DNA of 64,000 bases, from assembly GCA_963827235.1 (NCBI GenBank), contig CAWHAE010000010.1, forward strand, positions 800,001 through 864,000, read 5' to 3'. The DNA comes from an uncultured bacterium. Its GTDB lineage: Bacteria; Chloroflexota; UBA5177; JANWHV01. Position numbers and translations under genes: made by a program. The notes under the pieces are model-generated. The model ran no database searches, was not told the DNA's origin, and saw nothing but the letters and a program-made list of their open reading frames with translations. How positions within the stretch are numbered: position 1 is the stretch's first letter; each line of letters begins with the position of its first letter. This document shows, one piece after another, positions 47,416 to 59,031 of the stretch.

Positions 47416-48636
47416 TCAATTCAAGCGGCGGCGCCCCCCAGGAAGTACCTGCCCAGTCGTCCTGGTCCGGAGAAGACGGCGGTCCGACGACCACGGCGCG
47501 TAGGGGGCGATGGTGATGGAGGCGAGCTCGAGAAGAACAGGGTCGTAGTTGACCCGCCAGCCGACAAAGTCACGCCACGCTTTCTCGAGGTCGGTCCGCA
47601 GAGGAATTCCAGATGCTGTCAGGCGGGCGCAGGCATCGTCGAACTCCTCCCGCGTGACGCTTATCGCGTGCTCCCAGCTCACCACCGGGTCGTAGGGAAC
47701 GTCGAAGAAGTCGGCGATATGGCGGAGCGCGAGGTAGCCCGCGCGGATGGTGAGCTCTGCCTGCGGATCACGCGGCAGCTCCATCACAGAGCACCTCAGC
47801 GCCGCCGCGTCGAGCACGGCGCCTGCCGCCGTGATCCAGGAGTGCTCCGGCTGGGGAGAGCGGAAGAATGCCAGCACGCCATGCGAGGTATGCGTCTCGT
47901 CGAGCTCCGCGAACCAGGTCTCCCACGCTTCCCATAGGTCCGTCATCTGCTGCAGGCGCTCCAGACGCCAGAAGCGCGAGATCATCTCGATCGCCGAGGG
48001 CGGCGACCCGGCCCGCACCTCCAGCAACGTCACGGCCACTTCGCGCCGAGAGAAAGCGCTGTAGAGGGTGGGAAGATAGGAGATCAAGAGCGCGACGACC
48101 ACCAGACCCAGCATCGCTTCGGTAAAGGCCAGGACGGTCAGCGTGAGGTTTCTGGGCGCCGAGAAGCCCAGGGTCACGAGAGAAGACGCGCTGATCGTGA
48201 ACGAAGCGGTCATACTGCCGTCGCCGCACGCCCAGAACAAGAGGGTGAACCCGGCAGCGATCACCAGGACCCAGGCAACGGCAAGCAGCAACAGAGCCAC
48301 GGGCGGGTAGAGTGCCATCACTCGATCGCGGAATTCGTACGACCGCGTGGGCGGAGCCACCAGCAGGAAGGCGTGGCGTATGGCCCCGAACACCACCCGG
48401 GTGAGCGAATCGTTGACGCTCCTGGGTAGCACCAACGTGCGAGTGGCGGAGCGAAGAGCCCACAGCACCAGGCCGGCGCCGACTATCAACGCGAGGGCAT
48501 GCGCGGCAGCGATGGAGACAAACCCTTCCCAACCTATTGCGTGGCCATCTTGAGCATGCCTGGCGGGCTCTACGTGCACAAGATCACCGGACGGATCGGC
48601 TGAGCAGCGTGCCGCATGGCTATACATCTCGCGCAT
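47416..48636 (-). CDS. Membrane protein with a K+ channel-like pore segment and a cytoplasmic C-terminal domain (start uncertain)
   Basis: TM helices flanking SASSLVTLGF; ALLISYLPTLYSAFSRRE, ETHTSH..L.FFRS, SWITA. Confidence 0.65.
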   Translation of the reverse strand: MREMYSHAARCSADPSGDLVHVEPARHAQDGHAIGWEGFVSIAAAHALALIVGAGLVLWALRSATRTLVLPRSVNDSLTRVVFGAIRHAFLLVAPPTRSYEFRDRVMALYPPVALLLLAVAWVLVIAAGFTLLFWACGDGSMTASFTISASSLVTLGFSAPRNLTLTVLAFTEAMLGLVVVALLISYLPTLYSAFSRREVAVTLLEVRAGSPPSAIEMISRFWRLERLQQMTDLWEAWETWFAELDETHTSHGVLAFFRSPQPEHSWITAAGAVLDAAALRCSVMELPRDPQAELTIRAGYLALRHIADFFDVPYDPVVSWEHAISVTREEFDDACARLTASGIPLRTDLEKAWRDFVGWRVNYDPVLLELASITIAPYAPWSSDRRLLRTRTTGQVLPGGRRRLN

Positions 48637-48737
48637 GACCTTGCATTGAGTGGCGTCTTCGTGGTAGCATTTTTGCCAAGTCGACCGCGGCCTTCGAGCA
48701 TCAAACTTGATGATCCGGGCGACAACAGATTTCGCGC

Positions 48738-49012
48738 GCGGTGATGGGGAGAGTAGGAACCCGAACGGCGGGAAGCCAGAGAGCCGGGATGGTGGAATCC
48801 GGCGTCGTGCCAGAGTTCCGAAAAAGGCCCCTGAGCAGCCGGTCCAAATGGCGGACAGCCAGTGTAGATCAGGCCGGGTTCAGCCCCCGATATCATGAGC
48901 TGGAGTATCGGAAAGTGATCCCGTACTCGCTGAGGCCGTCGTCGTGAGGCGATGGCGCATCTGGGGTGGTACCACGAGAGCCTCTCGTCCCTGTTGGACC
49001 TGAGGTTTTTTT
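48738..49012 (+). promoter_or_regulatory. T-box riboswitch with a Lys specifier and an intrinsic terminator
   Basis: Stem I GA motif and AGTA/GAA S-turn, AGAGA bulge, GGTGGAA apical loop, specifier AAA/AAG at 48823-48826, T-box GGGTGGTACCACG with antiterminator partner CGTCCC, terminator ending GAGGTTTTTTT. Confidence 0.88.
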
Positions 49013-49040
49013 ATGCGTGAAACGCGGTGCGGAGGCCCAG

Positions 49041-50166
49041 ATGCGACGGGATTTCGGCATTATCGATACGACACTCCGTGAAGGCGAACAGTTCGCCGAT
49101 GCCTACTTCAGCCCCGCCCAGAAGCGTAAGATCGCCCGCGCGCTTGATGCCTTCGGCGTGAAATACCTGGAAGTCACTTCGCCCGCCGTCTCGCGTCGAA
49201 GCCTCTCCGACGCCCAGGGGCTCGTGCGCATGGGCCTGAAGGCAAAGGTGCTTGCCCACGTGCGGTGTCACCCGGTTGACATTGCAGCGGCAATACGCAG
49301 CGGCGTGCACGGCATCAACTTGTTCTTTGCCACGTCATCCTTTCTGCGCGAAGCTGGCCACGGTCGCTCGCTCCAAGCCGTCAAGGAAGCGGCATGTGCC
49401 GGCGTGCGCCAGGTGAAGGATGCCGGTCTGGAGGTGCGCTTCAGCTGCGAGGACTCGTTTCGCAGCTGTCTCGACGAGATGCTGCCCATTCTGCGCGCCG
49501 TGGACGATCTGGGCGTCGACCGGATCGGCGTCGCGGACACGGTCGGGATCGCCACACCGCGGCAGGTCTATGCCGTGGTCAGCCTGCTCGCCAACGAGTT
49601 GCACGCCGACCTCGGCTTCCACGGCCACAACGACTCCGGCTGTGCGATCGCCAATGCCGAGGCGGCGCTCGAAGCAGGGGCGCGCTACGTGGACACCACG
49701 GTGCTGGGCATCGGTGAACGCAACGGGATCACCTCGCTCGAGGGTATGGTGGCGCGTATCTTCGCTACCGATCCAGGCCTGCTCGAAGGATATGACCTGC
49801 GGGGCATCATTCCGCTGGCCGAGATGGTCTCCGAGATCACCGGCGTGCCCATTCCCTTCAACCACACGATCGCCGGGCTCACATGCCTTCACGCACCGCG
49901 CCGGTATCCATCTCGGGGCAATTCTGAACAACCCTCGCGCCTACGAAGCCCTCGACCCCGTGCAGTTTGGCGCGCAACGGCGGCTGGACGTGGCACATGC
50001 GCTCACCGGCCGTCATGCCATCGAGCATCGCGCCCTCGAGCTAGGCATCGAGCTCGACACGGACCAGCTCGCCAGCGTCACCACCAGCTTCAAGAACCTG
50101 GCGGGCCGCAAGCGGGTCGGCATGGAGGAGCTGGACACCATGATCCGCGCCGGTGCCGCCCAATGA
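49041..50166 (+). CDS. Homocitrate synthase (apparent +1 indel near 49878)
   Basis: IDTTLREGEQ, EVRFSCED, GFHGHND, GIGERNG, then AFTHRAGIH in the shifted frame. Confidence 0.9.
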
Positions 50167-50308
50167 CGACCAGGACAGGAGAGAGAACGGCCATGTACGC
50201 CTCGCAGTCGCCATCCGTGCAGGCGGTGGGCGGCACGCCGGCGCGACGGCCCGCGCGGCGCGGCGCACGGGCGTCGTGCAGTCCCGGACGAAAGGAGCAA
50301 CGGCACCA

Positions 50309-51389
50309 GTGAACGCCGAAGAGAGCACAAACCGGCAGAACCATGCCGCCGCTCCGGGCCGGCATCGCATCTGCGTCATTCCCGGAGACGGGATCGGCCG
50401 GGAAGTCGTGCCGGAGACAGTCCGCGTGTTGACCGCGCTGCTGCCGGACCTGGACATCGTGACTTCCGATGCCGGCTTCGACTGCTTCCAGCGCCGCGGC
50501 GACGCCGTACCCGCGGAGACGCTGGCAGCGGTTACCGCCGCCGAGGCGACGTTGTTTGGCGCCACGGCATCGCCGTCGACCCCAGTAGCCGGCTACCGCA
50601 GCGCCATCGTCACGCTGCGCAAACACTTCAGACTCTACGGCTGCATTCGGCACTCGCGATCACTGCCGGTCCGCGGATCACGACCCGGCATCGACGTGCT
50701 CGTCGTGCGGGAGAACACCGAGGGACTCTATATCGGTAAGGAGTCCAGTTACGGCGATTACGCGGAAGCGGTGCGCTTGGTGAGCGCGCCCGCCAGCCGG
50801 CGCGTCGCCGAGCTGGCCCACTCGCTCGCCGTGCAGATGGGCCGCAGCCGGATCACGATCGTGCACAAGGCAAACATCCTGCCGCGAACCTGCGGGCTGT
50901 TCAGGGACACGGCGCGAAGCACGATCGAAGCGCTTGGCAGCGTGGCCGTCGACGAGATGCTGGTCGATACCGCTGCCATGCGGCTGGCGGTGACGCCCGA
51001 GCGGTTCGACGTGATCCTCACCACGAACCTGTTTGGCGATATCCTCTCCGACATTGCCGCCGGTGTCACCGGCGGTCTCGGCGTCGCGGCCTCGGCAAAC
51101 GTCGGAGGACCGGGCCCGGCCGTGTTCGAGCCCGTGCACGGCTCCGCCCCTGATATAGTGGGGCAGGGCATCGCCAATCCGGTCGCCTGCCTGCGCGCGG
51201 CTGCGCTCCTACTTCAGCATATTGGCGAGCCCGCCGCCTCGAGGGCGCTCGAGCTGGCAATCGATCGGACTCTGGCGGGCACCGTATTGAGCCCAGATCT
51301 GGGCGGCGACGGCGAGGACATCGCAGGTGGTCGACGAAGTGCTTCGCATGCTCGAAGCGACAACAGCGGCTGGAGGTACCGCAGAATGA
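50309..51389 (+). CDS. Homoisocitrate dehydrogenase (apparent indel near 51311)
   Basis: IPGDGIGREV, RENTEGLY, VHKANI, NLFGDILSD, FEPVHGSAPDI, ANP; position in the lys operon. Confidence 0.85.
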
Positions 51390-52278
51390 ACCATCCCACG
51401 GTAGGCGTCCTGTTATCGCGCGTACGCGCGGAAGAGAAACTGCTTGTCGAAGCGCTTCATACCAAGGCCGTGCCGTACAGGCTGATCGACGATCGCGAGC
51501 TCGTCGCTCGACCTCGCGCTGCCGTTCCAGCCCGGCAAGGGCCGGGCGGCTGGCGCGCCCGCTTTCGAGGACGTGGACATCGTGATGGAGCGCTGCCTGT
51601 CCTTCTCGCGCGCGCAGAACGCCTTGCACGTGCTTGAGGAGTGGGGTATTCCCACGGTGAACCGCGCCGCCGTGGTGGACACCTGCGGCGACAAGCTGCT
51701 GACCACGCAGGCGCTGCTCCGCGACGGCGTGCCCACGCCCCGTACCCTGCTTGCTTTCACGCCGGAAACGGCGCTACTGGCGATCGAGCAGCTTGGCTAT
51801 CCCTGCGTGCTCAAGCCGACGGTCGGCTCGTGGGGCAGGCTGCTGGCGCGGGTCAACGACCGCGACGCCGCCGAGGCGATCCTGGAGCACAAGGACGTGC
51901 TGGGCAGCTACCAGCACAGCATCTTCTATATTCAGGAGTACGTGCACAAGCCCGGGCGCGACATTCGCGCCTTCGTGATCGGCGACCGCTGCGTGGCCGC
52001 GATCTACCGGCACAGCGAGCACTGGATCACCAATACGGCGCGGGGCGGGGCAGCAACCAACTGCCCGGTCACGGACGAGCTGCAAGACATCTGCTGCCGG
52101 GCGGCACGGGCCGTCGGAGGCGGGCTGCTGGCGATCGACGTGGTGGAGTCCGAGCGCGGCCTGCTGATTATCGAGGTCAACGGCACCATGGAGTTCCGCA
52201 ACAGCGTGGAGCCCACCGGGGTGGACATTACCGGCTCTCATGGTCGACTACGTGCTGGACGAGGCCGCGCGTGAGTGA
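51386..52278 (+). CDS. lysX: Alpha-aminoadipate--LysW ligase (apparent indels near 51507 and 52236)
   Basis: [54 protein letters not shown]. Confidence 0.92.
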
Positions 52279-53331
52279 GCTGAAGCGTCTCGATCGTCGG
52301 CGCCGCCGGGTACACCGGCGGTGAGCTGCTGCGGATTCTGCTTGCTCACCCGTTCGTCAACGTCGCTCAGGCGACGTCCGAGAGCCGGAAGGGCAAGCCG
52401 GTTCACAGCGCGCATCCGAATTTGCGCAAACGCAGCAGTCTGGCGTTCTGCGGGCGCGACGAGCTGGGTCCGTGCGACGTCCTCTTTCTTTGCCTTCCGC
52501 ATGGCGAGGCGTCGCAGACCATCGACCGCTTTCTCGGCCTGGCTCCTCAGGTGGTCGACCTGTCCGCCGATTTCCGCCTGCGCGACGCCGAACGTGTACC
52601 GGCGCTGGTACGGACACGACCACCCCAGGCCCGAGCTGCTCGGCAGCTTCGTCTACGGCCTGCCCGAACTGCACCGCGCCGAGCTGGCAGGCGCGAGACA
52701 TGTGAGCGGCACCGGTTGCCTTGCGACCGCGGCCATTCTTGCCCTCTATCCCCTGGTTGCCGCCGGGCTGGTCGACTCCCGGTACCTCGTGGTGGACGCG
52801 AAGGTCGGATCATCGGCCGGCGGAGTGACTGCCGGGCCGGACTCGCATCACCCGGAGAGAAGCGGGGCCATGCGCTCCTTCAGTCCGGTCGGGCACCGCC
52901 ATTCCGCGGAGTTGCTGCAGGAGCTCCCGTTCACCGACCGCAGCGCAGCAGACGGCCCACGCGTTGCTTTCTCAGCCACGGCCGTGGAAGCGGTGCGGGG
53001 CATTCTGGTCACCGCCCAGGCCTATCTGCTGCAGGAGTGCGACGAAAAGCGCCTGTGGAGGGTGTACAGGGAGTGCTACGGCGACGAGCCCTTCGTCCGA
53101 CTCGTCAAGGAACGCCAGGGCATCTATCGCTACCCCGAGCCGAAGATCCTGGCCGGCACCAACTTCTGCGACGTCGGCTTCGCCCTCGACCCAGACGGCT
53201 ACCGCGTCGTGGCCATCTCCGCGATCGATAATCTGGTGAAAGGCGCTGCAGGCAACGCGGTCCAGAGTCTGAACGCCATGCATGGCTGGCCGGAGACTAC
53301 CGGCCTCGAGTTCGTGGGGCTTCATCCATGA
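52271..53331 (+). CDS. lysY: LysW-aminoadipyl-phosphate reductase (ArgC family; apparent indels near 52285 and 52590)
   Basis: [15 protein letters not shown] (shifted frame), [32 protein letters not shown]. Confidence 0.9.
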
Positions 53332-54185
53332 AAGGGCAGGGATTGCTGGTCGTCAAGCTCGGCGGCGGCGCCGGTATCGACGTCGAGGCATGCTGCGACG
53401 ACATCGCCGAGCTCTGGAAGCAGGGCATCCGGATGATCGTCGTACACGGCGGGGCCGACGAAACGTCGGAGCTGGGTGAGAAGCTCGGGCACCCGGCCCA
53501 GTTCGTCACACACCCCAACGGCATGACCAGCCGCTACACGGATCGCGAGACCGCGGAGATTCTGGCCATGGCCTGCGCAGGCCGAAGGAATGTAACCATG
53601 GTCGAGGGCTTGCAGAGACGCGGCGTACAAGCGCTCGGCCTGTCGGGCGTGGATGGCGCCGTGCTGCGTGGACCGCGTAAGGAAAGCGTCACCATCATGC
53701 AGGGCCAAAGGCGGGTCATCCTGCGGGACAACCATACCGGCACCGTGACCCAGGTCAACGCGCAGCTCCTGCGGATACTCCTCGGTGCCGGATACTTGCC
53801 GGTGCTCTGCCCGCCGGCGATCAGCATGGATGGCGAGCTGATGAATGTCGACGGCGACCGGGCAGCCGCCGCGGTGGCTTCCGCACTCGGCGCCGGCGAC
53901 CTGGTCATCCTGAGCGACGTGCCCGGATTGCTGCGCGATGTCCAGGATCCCGACTCCCTGGTAGGGCGCGTGGCGCCAGACTCATTCGACGATGCGATGA
54001 GCATGGCCCACGGCAGCATGAAGAAGAAGCTGCTCGGCGCTCGAGAAGCCGTGACGAGCGGCGTTGGGCGTGTCGTGCTCGCTCGAGGTCGTGGCCCGGC
54101 GCCCGTGCAAGGGGCGCTGGCAGGCCGCGGCACGGTAGTGGAGTGGCCCATGGCCGTAGACGGGGGTCGAGCCGCCGGCAGCTAA
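53328..54185 (+). CDS. lysZ: LysW-aminoadipate kinase
   Basis: VVKLGG, VVHGG, SRYTD, NVDGDRAAA, LSDVPGL, MKKKL. Confidence 0.92.
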   Translation: MKGQGLLVVKLGGGAGIDVEACCDDIAELWKQGIRMIVVHGGADETSELGEKLGHPAQFVTHPNGMTSRYTDRETAEILAMACAGRRNVTMVEGLQRRGVQALGLSGVDGAVLRGPRKESVTIMQGQRRVILRDNHTGTVTQVNAQLLRILLGAGYLPVLCPPAISMDGELMNVDGDRAAAAVASALGAGDLVILSDVPGLLRDVQDPDSLVGRVAPDSFDDAMSMAHGSMKKKLLGAREAVTSGVGRVVLARGRGPAPVQGALAGRGTVVEWPMAVDGGRAAGS

Positions 54186-54229
54186 GAGCAAACCAGGTTC
54201 GACTAACACAGACAGGAGAAGGCGAGGTC

Positions 54230-55438
54230 ATGGCAACTCCTACAGTTTCGACTGCTCAGCTCATTGAGGCACGCTATACCAGCGGTGTCTACGGTAAGCG
54301 CGACGTCACCATCGTGCGGGGCGAAGGTGCCGTAGTGTGGGACGATCGAGGTGTCCGGTACCTCGACTGCACGGCAGGCTATGGCTGCGCCAACATCGGG
54401 CACGCGCATCCAGCCCTCGTAAAGGCGATCAGTGATCAGGCTGCGACGCTGGTGAGCTGTCAGGAAGCCTTCTATAACGACCGGCGCGCCGAGCTCTTGC
54501 AGGCGCTTGCCGCTCTCACGCCTCCCGGATTGGACCGCTTCTTCTTGTGCAATTCTGGCGCGGAGGCGAACGAGGCCGCGCTCAAGTTCGCCCGCCTTGC
54601 CACGGGTAGAGCCGGGATCGTCGCGACACAGCGCGGCTTTCACGGTCGCACGATGGGGGCACTTTCAGCTACCTGGGAGGCCGCCTATCGCGAGCCGTTT
54701 GAGCCCCTGCTGCCGCAGGTCCGCCACGTGCCCTTCGACCGGCTGGAAGCCATGGAGGCGGCAGTGGACGACACGGTCGGCGCGGTGATCGTGGAAGTGG
54801 TTCAGGGCGAAGGCGGCGTGAGGCCGGCGAGCGGGGGGTACCTGCACGCCCTTTCGGCACTCTGTCGGGATCGCGGCGCAATGCTGATTGTGGACGAAGT
54901 CCAGACTGGATTCGGCCGCACCGGCCGCATGTTCGCCTGCGAGCACGAGCCGGTTGCGCCCGATCTGCTGTGCATGGGCAAGTCGATTGCCGGAGGGGTG
55001 CCGATGGGGGCGGTGGCAATCGGTCCACGCGTTCAGGGGCTCAAGCCCGGGACACACGGCTCGACGTTCGGCGGCAACCCACTGGCCTGTGCCGCGAGCC
55101 TGGCCACCATCGGCGTGATGCGCGAGGAGCGGCTGAGCGAGCGAGCGGCGGTCACAGGAGCACATATGCTCGCCCGCCTGAGCGGGATGCGTGCGCCCGT
55201 TATCCGGGAAGTGCGCGGACTCGGCCTGTTGCTCGGCATCGAGCTTCGGGAGCGCGTGCGGCCCGTGCTCTCGGCGCTGCAAGCGCGGGGCGTGCTGGTG
55301 CTGCCGGCGGGAGCGACGACACTACGTCTCCTGCCTCCGCTGGCGATCGACGACGCCCAGGTGGAGCAGGTGCTCACCGTGATCGAGGAGACGCTGTCGA
55401 GCTGGCAACAGTCGAAGGCGGGGCCGGCCCATGGATAA
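54230..55438 (+). CDS. lysJ: LysW-aminoadipate semialdehyde transaminase
   Basis: [36 protein letters not shown] lysine, HGSTFGGNP. Confidence 0.92.
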   Translation: MATPTVSTAQLIEARYTSGVYGKRDVTIVRGEGAVVWDDRGVRYLDCTAGYGCANIGHAHPALVKAISDQAATLVSCQEAFYNDRRAELLQALAALTPPGLDRFFLCNSGAEANEAALKFARLATGRAGIVATQRGFHGRTMGALSATWEAAYREPFEPLLPQVRHVPFDRLEAMEAAVDDTVGAVIVEVVQGEGGVRPASGGYLHALSALCRDRGAMLIVDEVQTGFGRTGRMFACEHEPVAPDLLCMGKSIAGGVPMGAVAIGPRVQGLKPGTHGSTFGGNPLACAASLATIGVMREERLSERAAVTGAHMLARLSGMRAPVIREVRGLGLLLGIELRERVRPVLSALQARGVLVLPAGATTLRLLPPLAIDDAQVEQVLTVIEETLSSWQQSKAGPAHG

Positions 55439-56487
55439 CCTGGAACTGCTTATCGGTCATGCTTCGTATCCAGAGCCTGTCAGGTCAGGAAGTCAAGCTG
55501 GCTCGGTTCCTGGTGGACGAGCTGCAGGAACGCGGGTTCCGCAGCCACATCGACTCGGCGGGCAACGCCGTGGGCGAGATCGGCGACGCCGCCAGCGGAC
55601 CCACAATCATGCTGCTCGGCCACATGGACACCGTTTCCGGCGACATCCACGTGCGGCGGGAGGGCGATCTTCTGTACGGTCGAGGCGCCTGCGATGCCAA
55701 GGGGCCTCTGGCCTCGTTCATCGCCGCGGCGTCTCGCTTCAAGGGCCCTGGGCGGGTGGTAGTCGTCGGCGCCGTAGAGGAGGAGGCCGCGACATCGAAA
55801 GGCGCTCGAGTGATCGCCAACACCTACATGCCCGACTGCGCCATCATCGGCGAGCCCAGCTCATGGGACCGCGTCACAGTTGGCTACAAGGGAAGACTGC
55901 TCGCGCACTACACCGTATCTCGCGAAACCGCGCACACGGCGCACGATCAGCAGAACGCGAGCGAGGCGGCGGTGGCCTTCTGGCAAGCGGTGACGGAAGC
56001 CATCGCGAAGGAGAACGCAAGCCGTCCGCCGGGAGCCTTTGAGCGCCTCTCGCCGTCACTGCGCATGATGAGCTCGGCCAGCGACGGCATGCGCGACATT
56101 GCTTCGCTCAGCCTGGGATTTCGACTTCCGCCCGGATTCTCGGCCGACGCCTGGCGCGCCGAGCTGGTCGAGCTCGCCGGCGACTGCGTACATCGACTTC
56201 TCCGCCTACGAGCCGGCGGTCAGAGTGCCAAAGAACACGCCCGTGGCCCGCGCCTTCCTGCGCGGCATTCGCGGGCATGGCGGCACGCCACGCTTCGTCG
56301 TCAAGACGGGCACGAGCGACCTGAATGTCGTCAGCGAAAAGTGGGGCTGCCCCATGCTGGCGTACGGTCCGGGAGATTCGCTGCTTGACCACACACCGCA
56401 CGAACACATTAACATTCATGAATACCAGCCGCGATTGACGTGCTGAGCATGGTACTGGAGGAGCTACCGCGATCCCTGGCAAGCTAG
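55431..56487 (+). CDS. lysK: LysW-lysine hydrolase (M20; apparent indels near 55458, 56185 and 56430)
   Basis: [44 protein letters not shown]. Confidence 0.9.
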
Positions 56488-56554
56488 CATTCGACACGAG
56501 GATGTCTCGGCCGACTTGCCGGGACAGATATCGACGGCAAAAGAGGAGACGAGA

Positions 56555-56719
56555 ATGAACGCGGAATGCCCTGAGTGCGCGGCAGCGGTGTCTACACAAG
56601 GAGCGTTGAAAGGGGAGATACTCACCTGCTCGGAATGTGGTGCCGAGCTGGAAGTCGTGGAGGTCAGCCCTCCGTCGCTTGCGCTGGCCCCTCAGGAAGA
56701 AGAGGACTGGGGCGAGTAG
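56555..56719 (+). CDS. lysW: Amino-group carrier protein LysW
   Basis: CPEC...CSECGAELEV zinc ribbon and C-terminal EDWGE; SD GAGGAG. Confidence 0.96.
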   Translation: MNAECPECAAAVSTQGALKGEILTCSECGAELEVVEVSPPSLALAPQEEEDWGE

Positions 56720-56771
56720 ACGAGCCGGCGGCTCGGCGGCAACGGAACAGCCAGGTGACCGTGTAGCGTAT

Positions 56772-56800
56772 TTGACACGTTACCAGACGGTCAGTACGAT
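56772..56800 (+). promoter_or_regulatory. Sigma70-type promoter upstream of dxs
   Basis: TTGACA-17bp-TACGAT. Confidence 0.65.
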
Positions 56801-56913
56801 GAGGGAGCCGGCTTGATACGCTGCCGCCGACCCGCCGTGGCGCGTGCCGGCCCAGGGCATATCTTCGATGCCGATTGAATGCGCCGTGGTCTCTGAGACG
56901 TCTAGGGAGGGAC

Positions 56914-58795
56914 ATGCCGCGCCTTCTTGATTCTGTGAACTATCCACGCGACCTCCACAACCTCGACGCGGCTCAGCTCTCCCAGGTCGCGCGCGAGCTC
57001 CGCGAAGAGCTCATCGCCACCGTCAAACAGACCGGCGGACATCTTTCGTCGAATCTCGGCTCCGTTGAGTTCACGGTGGCGCTCCACAGCGTCTTTGACA
57101 GCCCACGCGACAAGATCGTGTGGGATACAGGCCACCAGGCCTATCCACACAAGATGCTGACGGGCCGCAGATCGCTGATGCATACGATCAGGCAGGAAGG
57201 CGGCATTTCCGGCTTCCTGATGCGCGAGGAAAGCGAGCACGATCAGTTTGGCGCCGGCCACGCCAGTACGGCGGTGTCTGCCGCGGTCGGCATGGCAGTG
57301 GCGCGCGACCTGCGGCGGGAGGACCACTCTGTGGTCGCGATCCTCGGCGACGGCGCGCTGACGGGCGGCCTTGCGTATGAGGCGATCAACAACGCGGGAC
57401 AGCTCAAGACGCCGCTGGTCGTCGTGCTGAACGACAACGCGATGTCGATCTCGCCGAACGTCGGCGCGGTCGCCCGAATGCTCGAGCGCGTGCGCACCGA
57501 TCCCCGCTACAGCGCGGCCAAGGGCGAGGTCGAGCATATCCTCCACATGATGCCGATGGGCGGCACCGCCCTCGGCGCGGCCAAAGCGCGTCAAGAAGAG
57601 CGTCAAGGAGCTTGTGCTCTTCAACATGTTCTGGGAAGAGCTGGGCTTCACGTACCTGGGACCGGTAGATGGGCACGACATGGCGCGCCTGCTGGAGGTG
57701 CTCCGCCGGGCGCGAACGGTACGAGGGCCGGTGCTCGTCCACCTGTTCACGACCAAAGGAAAGGGCTACGACCCGGCCGAGGCCGACAACGAGAAGCTGC
57801 ATAGCATCTCGCCCCCCAACACGCCGAAGGCCGCGGCGCCGAACTACGACGCCGTGTTCGGCAGGACGCTGACCGCGATCGCGGAAACCGACCGGCGAGT
57901 GGTGGGCATCACGGCGGGCATGTGCGGCGGCACGGGTCTGGTCGAATTCAGCAAGAAGTTCCCGGAGCGGTTCTTCGACGTCGGCATTGCCGAGGAGCAC
58001 GCGGTCACGTTCGCGGCCGGCCTCGCCACCCAGGGCATGCGGCCGGTAGCGGCTATCTACTCGACGTTCTTGCAGCGCGCCTTCGACCAGGTCATTCATG
58101 ATGTGTGCATTCAGAACCTGCACGTCGTGTTCGCGCTGGATCGAGCAGGAGTGGTCGGCAGCGACGGTCGCACGCATCAGGGCGTGTTCGACCTGAGCTA
58201 TCTGCGGGCTATCCCAAACATGGTGTTGATGGCGCCCAAGGATGAGGGTGAGCTGCGGCAAATGCTGTTCACCGCTATCCAGCACAATGGCCCGATCGCC
58301 CTCCGCTATCCGCGTGGGTCCGGATATGGCGTCCCGCTGAGCGAACCTTTGAAGGCGATGCAGATTGGCACCAGCGAAACGTTGCGCTCAGGTACCGATG
58401 TGGCCATCGTGGCAATTGGGTCATCGGTCATGCCAGCGTGTGAAGCCGCCGAGCTGCTTGCCGAGCAGAACATCAGCGCCACCGTGGTGAACGCGCGCTT
58501 CGCTAAGCCGTTGGACGAGAACGTGCTCCGGCAGCTGGCCGGCGACTTCCACCACATCTTTACCGTCGAGGAGAACGTCCTAATCGGGGGCTTCGGCTCC
58601 GGAGTATTGGAGTTCTTCGAGCACGCAGGTATCTGCAACGTCGCCGTGCATCGGCTGGGTATACCTGACCGGTTCGTCGACCATGCCACTCAGGCTCAGC
58701 AGCGGCGAGAGTTGCGCATAGACGCGACAGGCATTGCCGAGCAAGTTCGTACCGTGGTGTTTGCCGCGCAGTCGCTGACCACCGGCGGATCGTAG
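56914..58795 (+). CDS. dxs: 1-deoxy-D-xylulose-5-phosphate synthase (apparent +1 indel near 57584)
   Basis: GGHLSSNLG, WDTGHQAYPHK, GDGALTGG, NDNAMSI, GPVDGHD, DVGIAEEH, DRAG, RYPRG. Confidence 0.94.
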
Positions 58796-59031
58796 GCCGT
58801 TCTCGTCCGATTTCTACTGTCTCGATCTGTTCGAGTGAGGAGTGGCTACTCCGCAGCGCGCGTCACCAGTGCGCCGCGGAGCAAATTGGCGCGCAGACGT
58901 GAACGGCATGCCTGTCAATCCCCATTACAGGAGAAACTAATTCCGTCATGATGTAGAATAGTGACGCAAATAGAATCCTACCGGTAGTATTTCGTTCAAT
59001 GTGCGTGTGACCAATGGATACGGAGAAAGAC

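Noticed and set aside
58820-59000. LexA box upstream of the orphan ORF
   Set aside because: Only GTTC half-sites; no correctly spaced GAAC-N4-GTTC.
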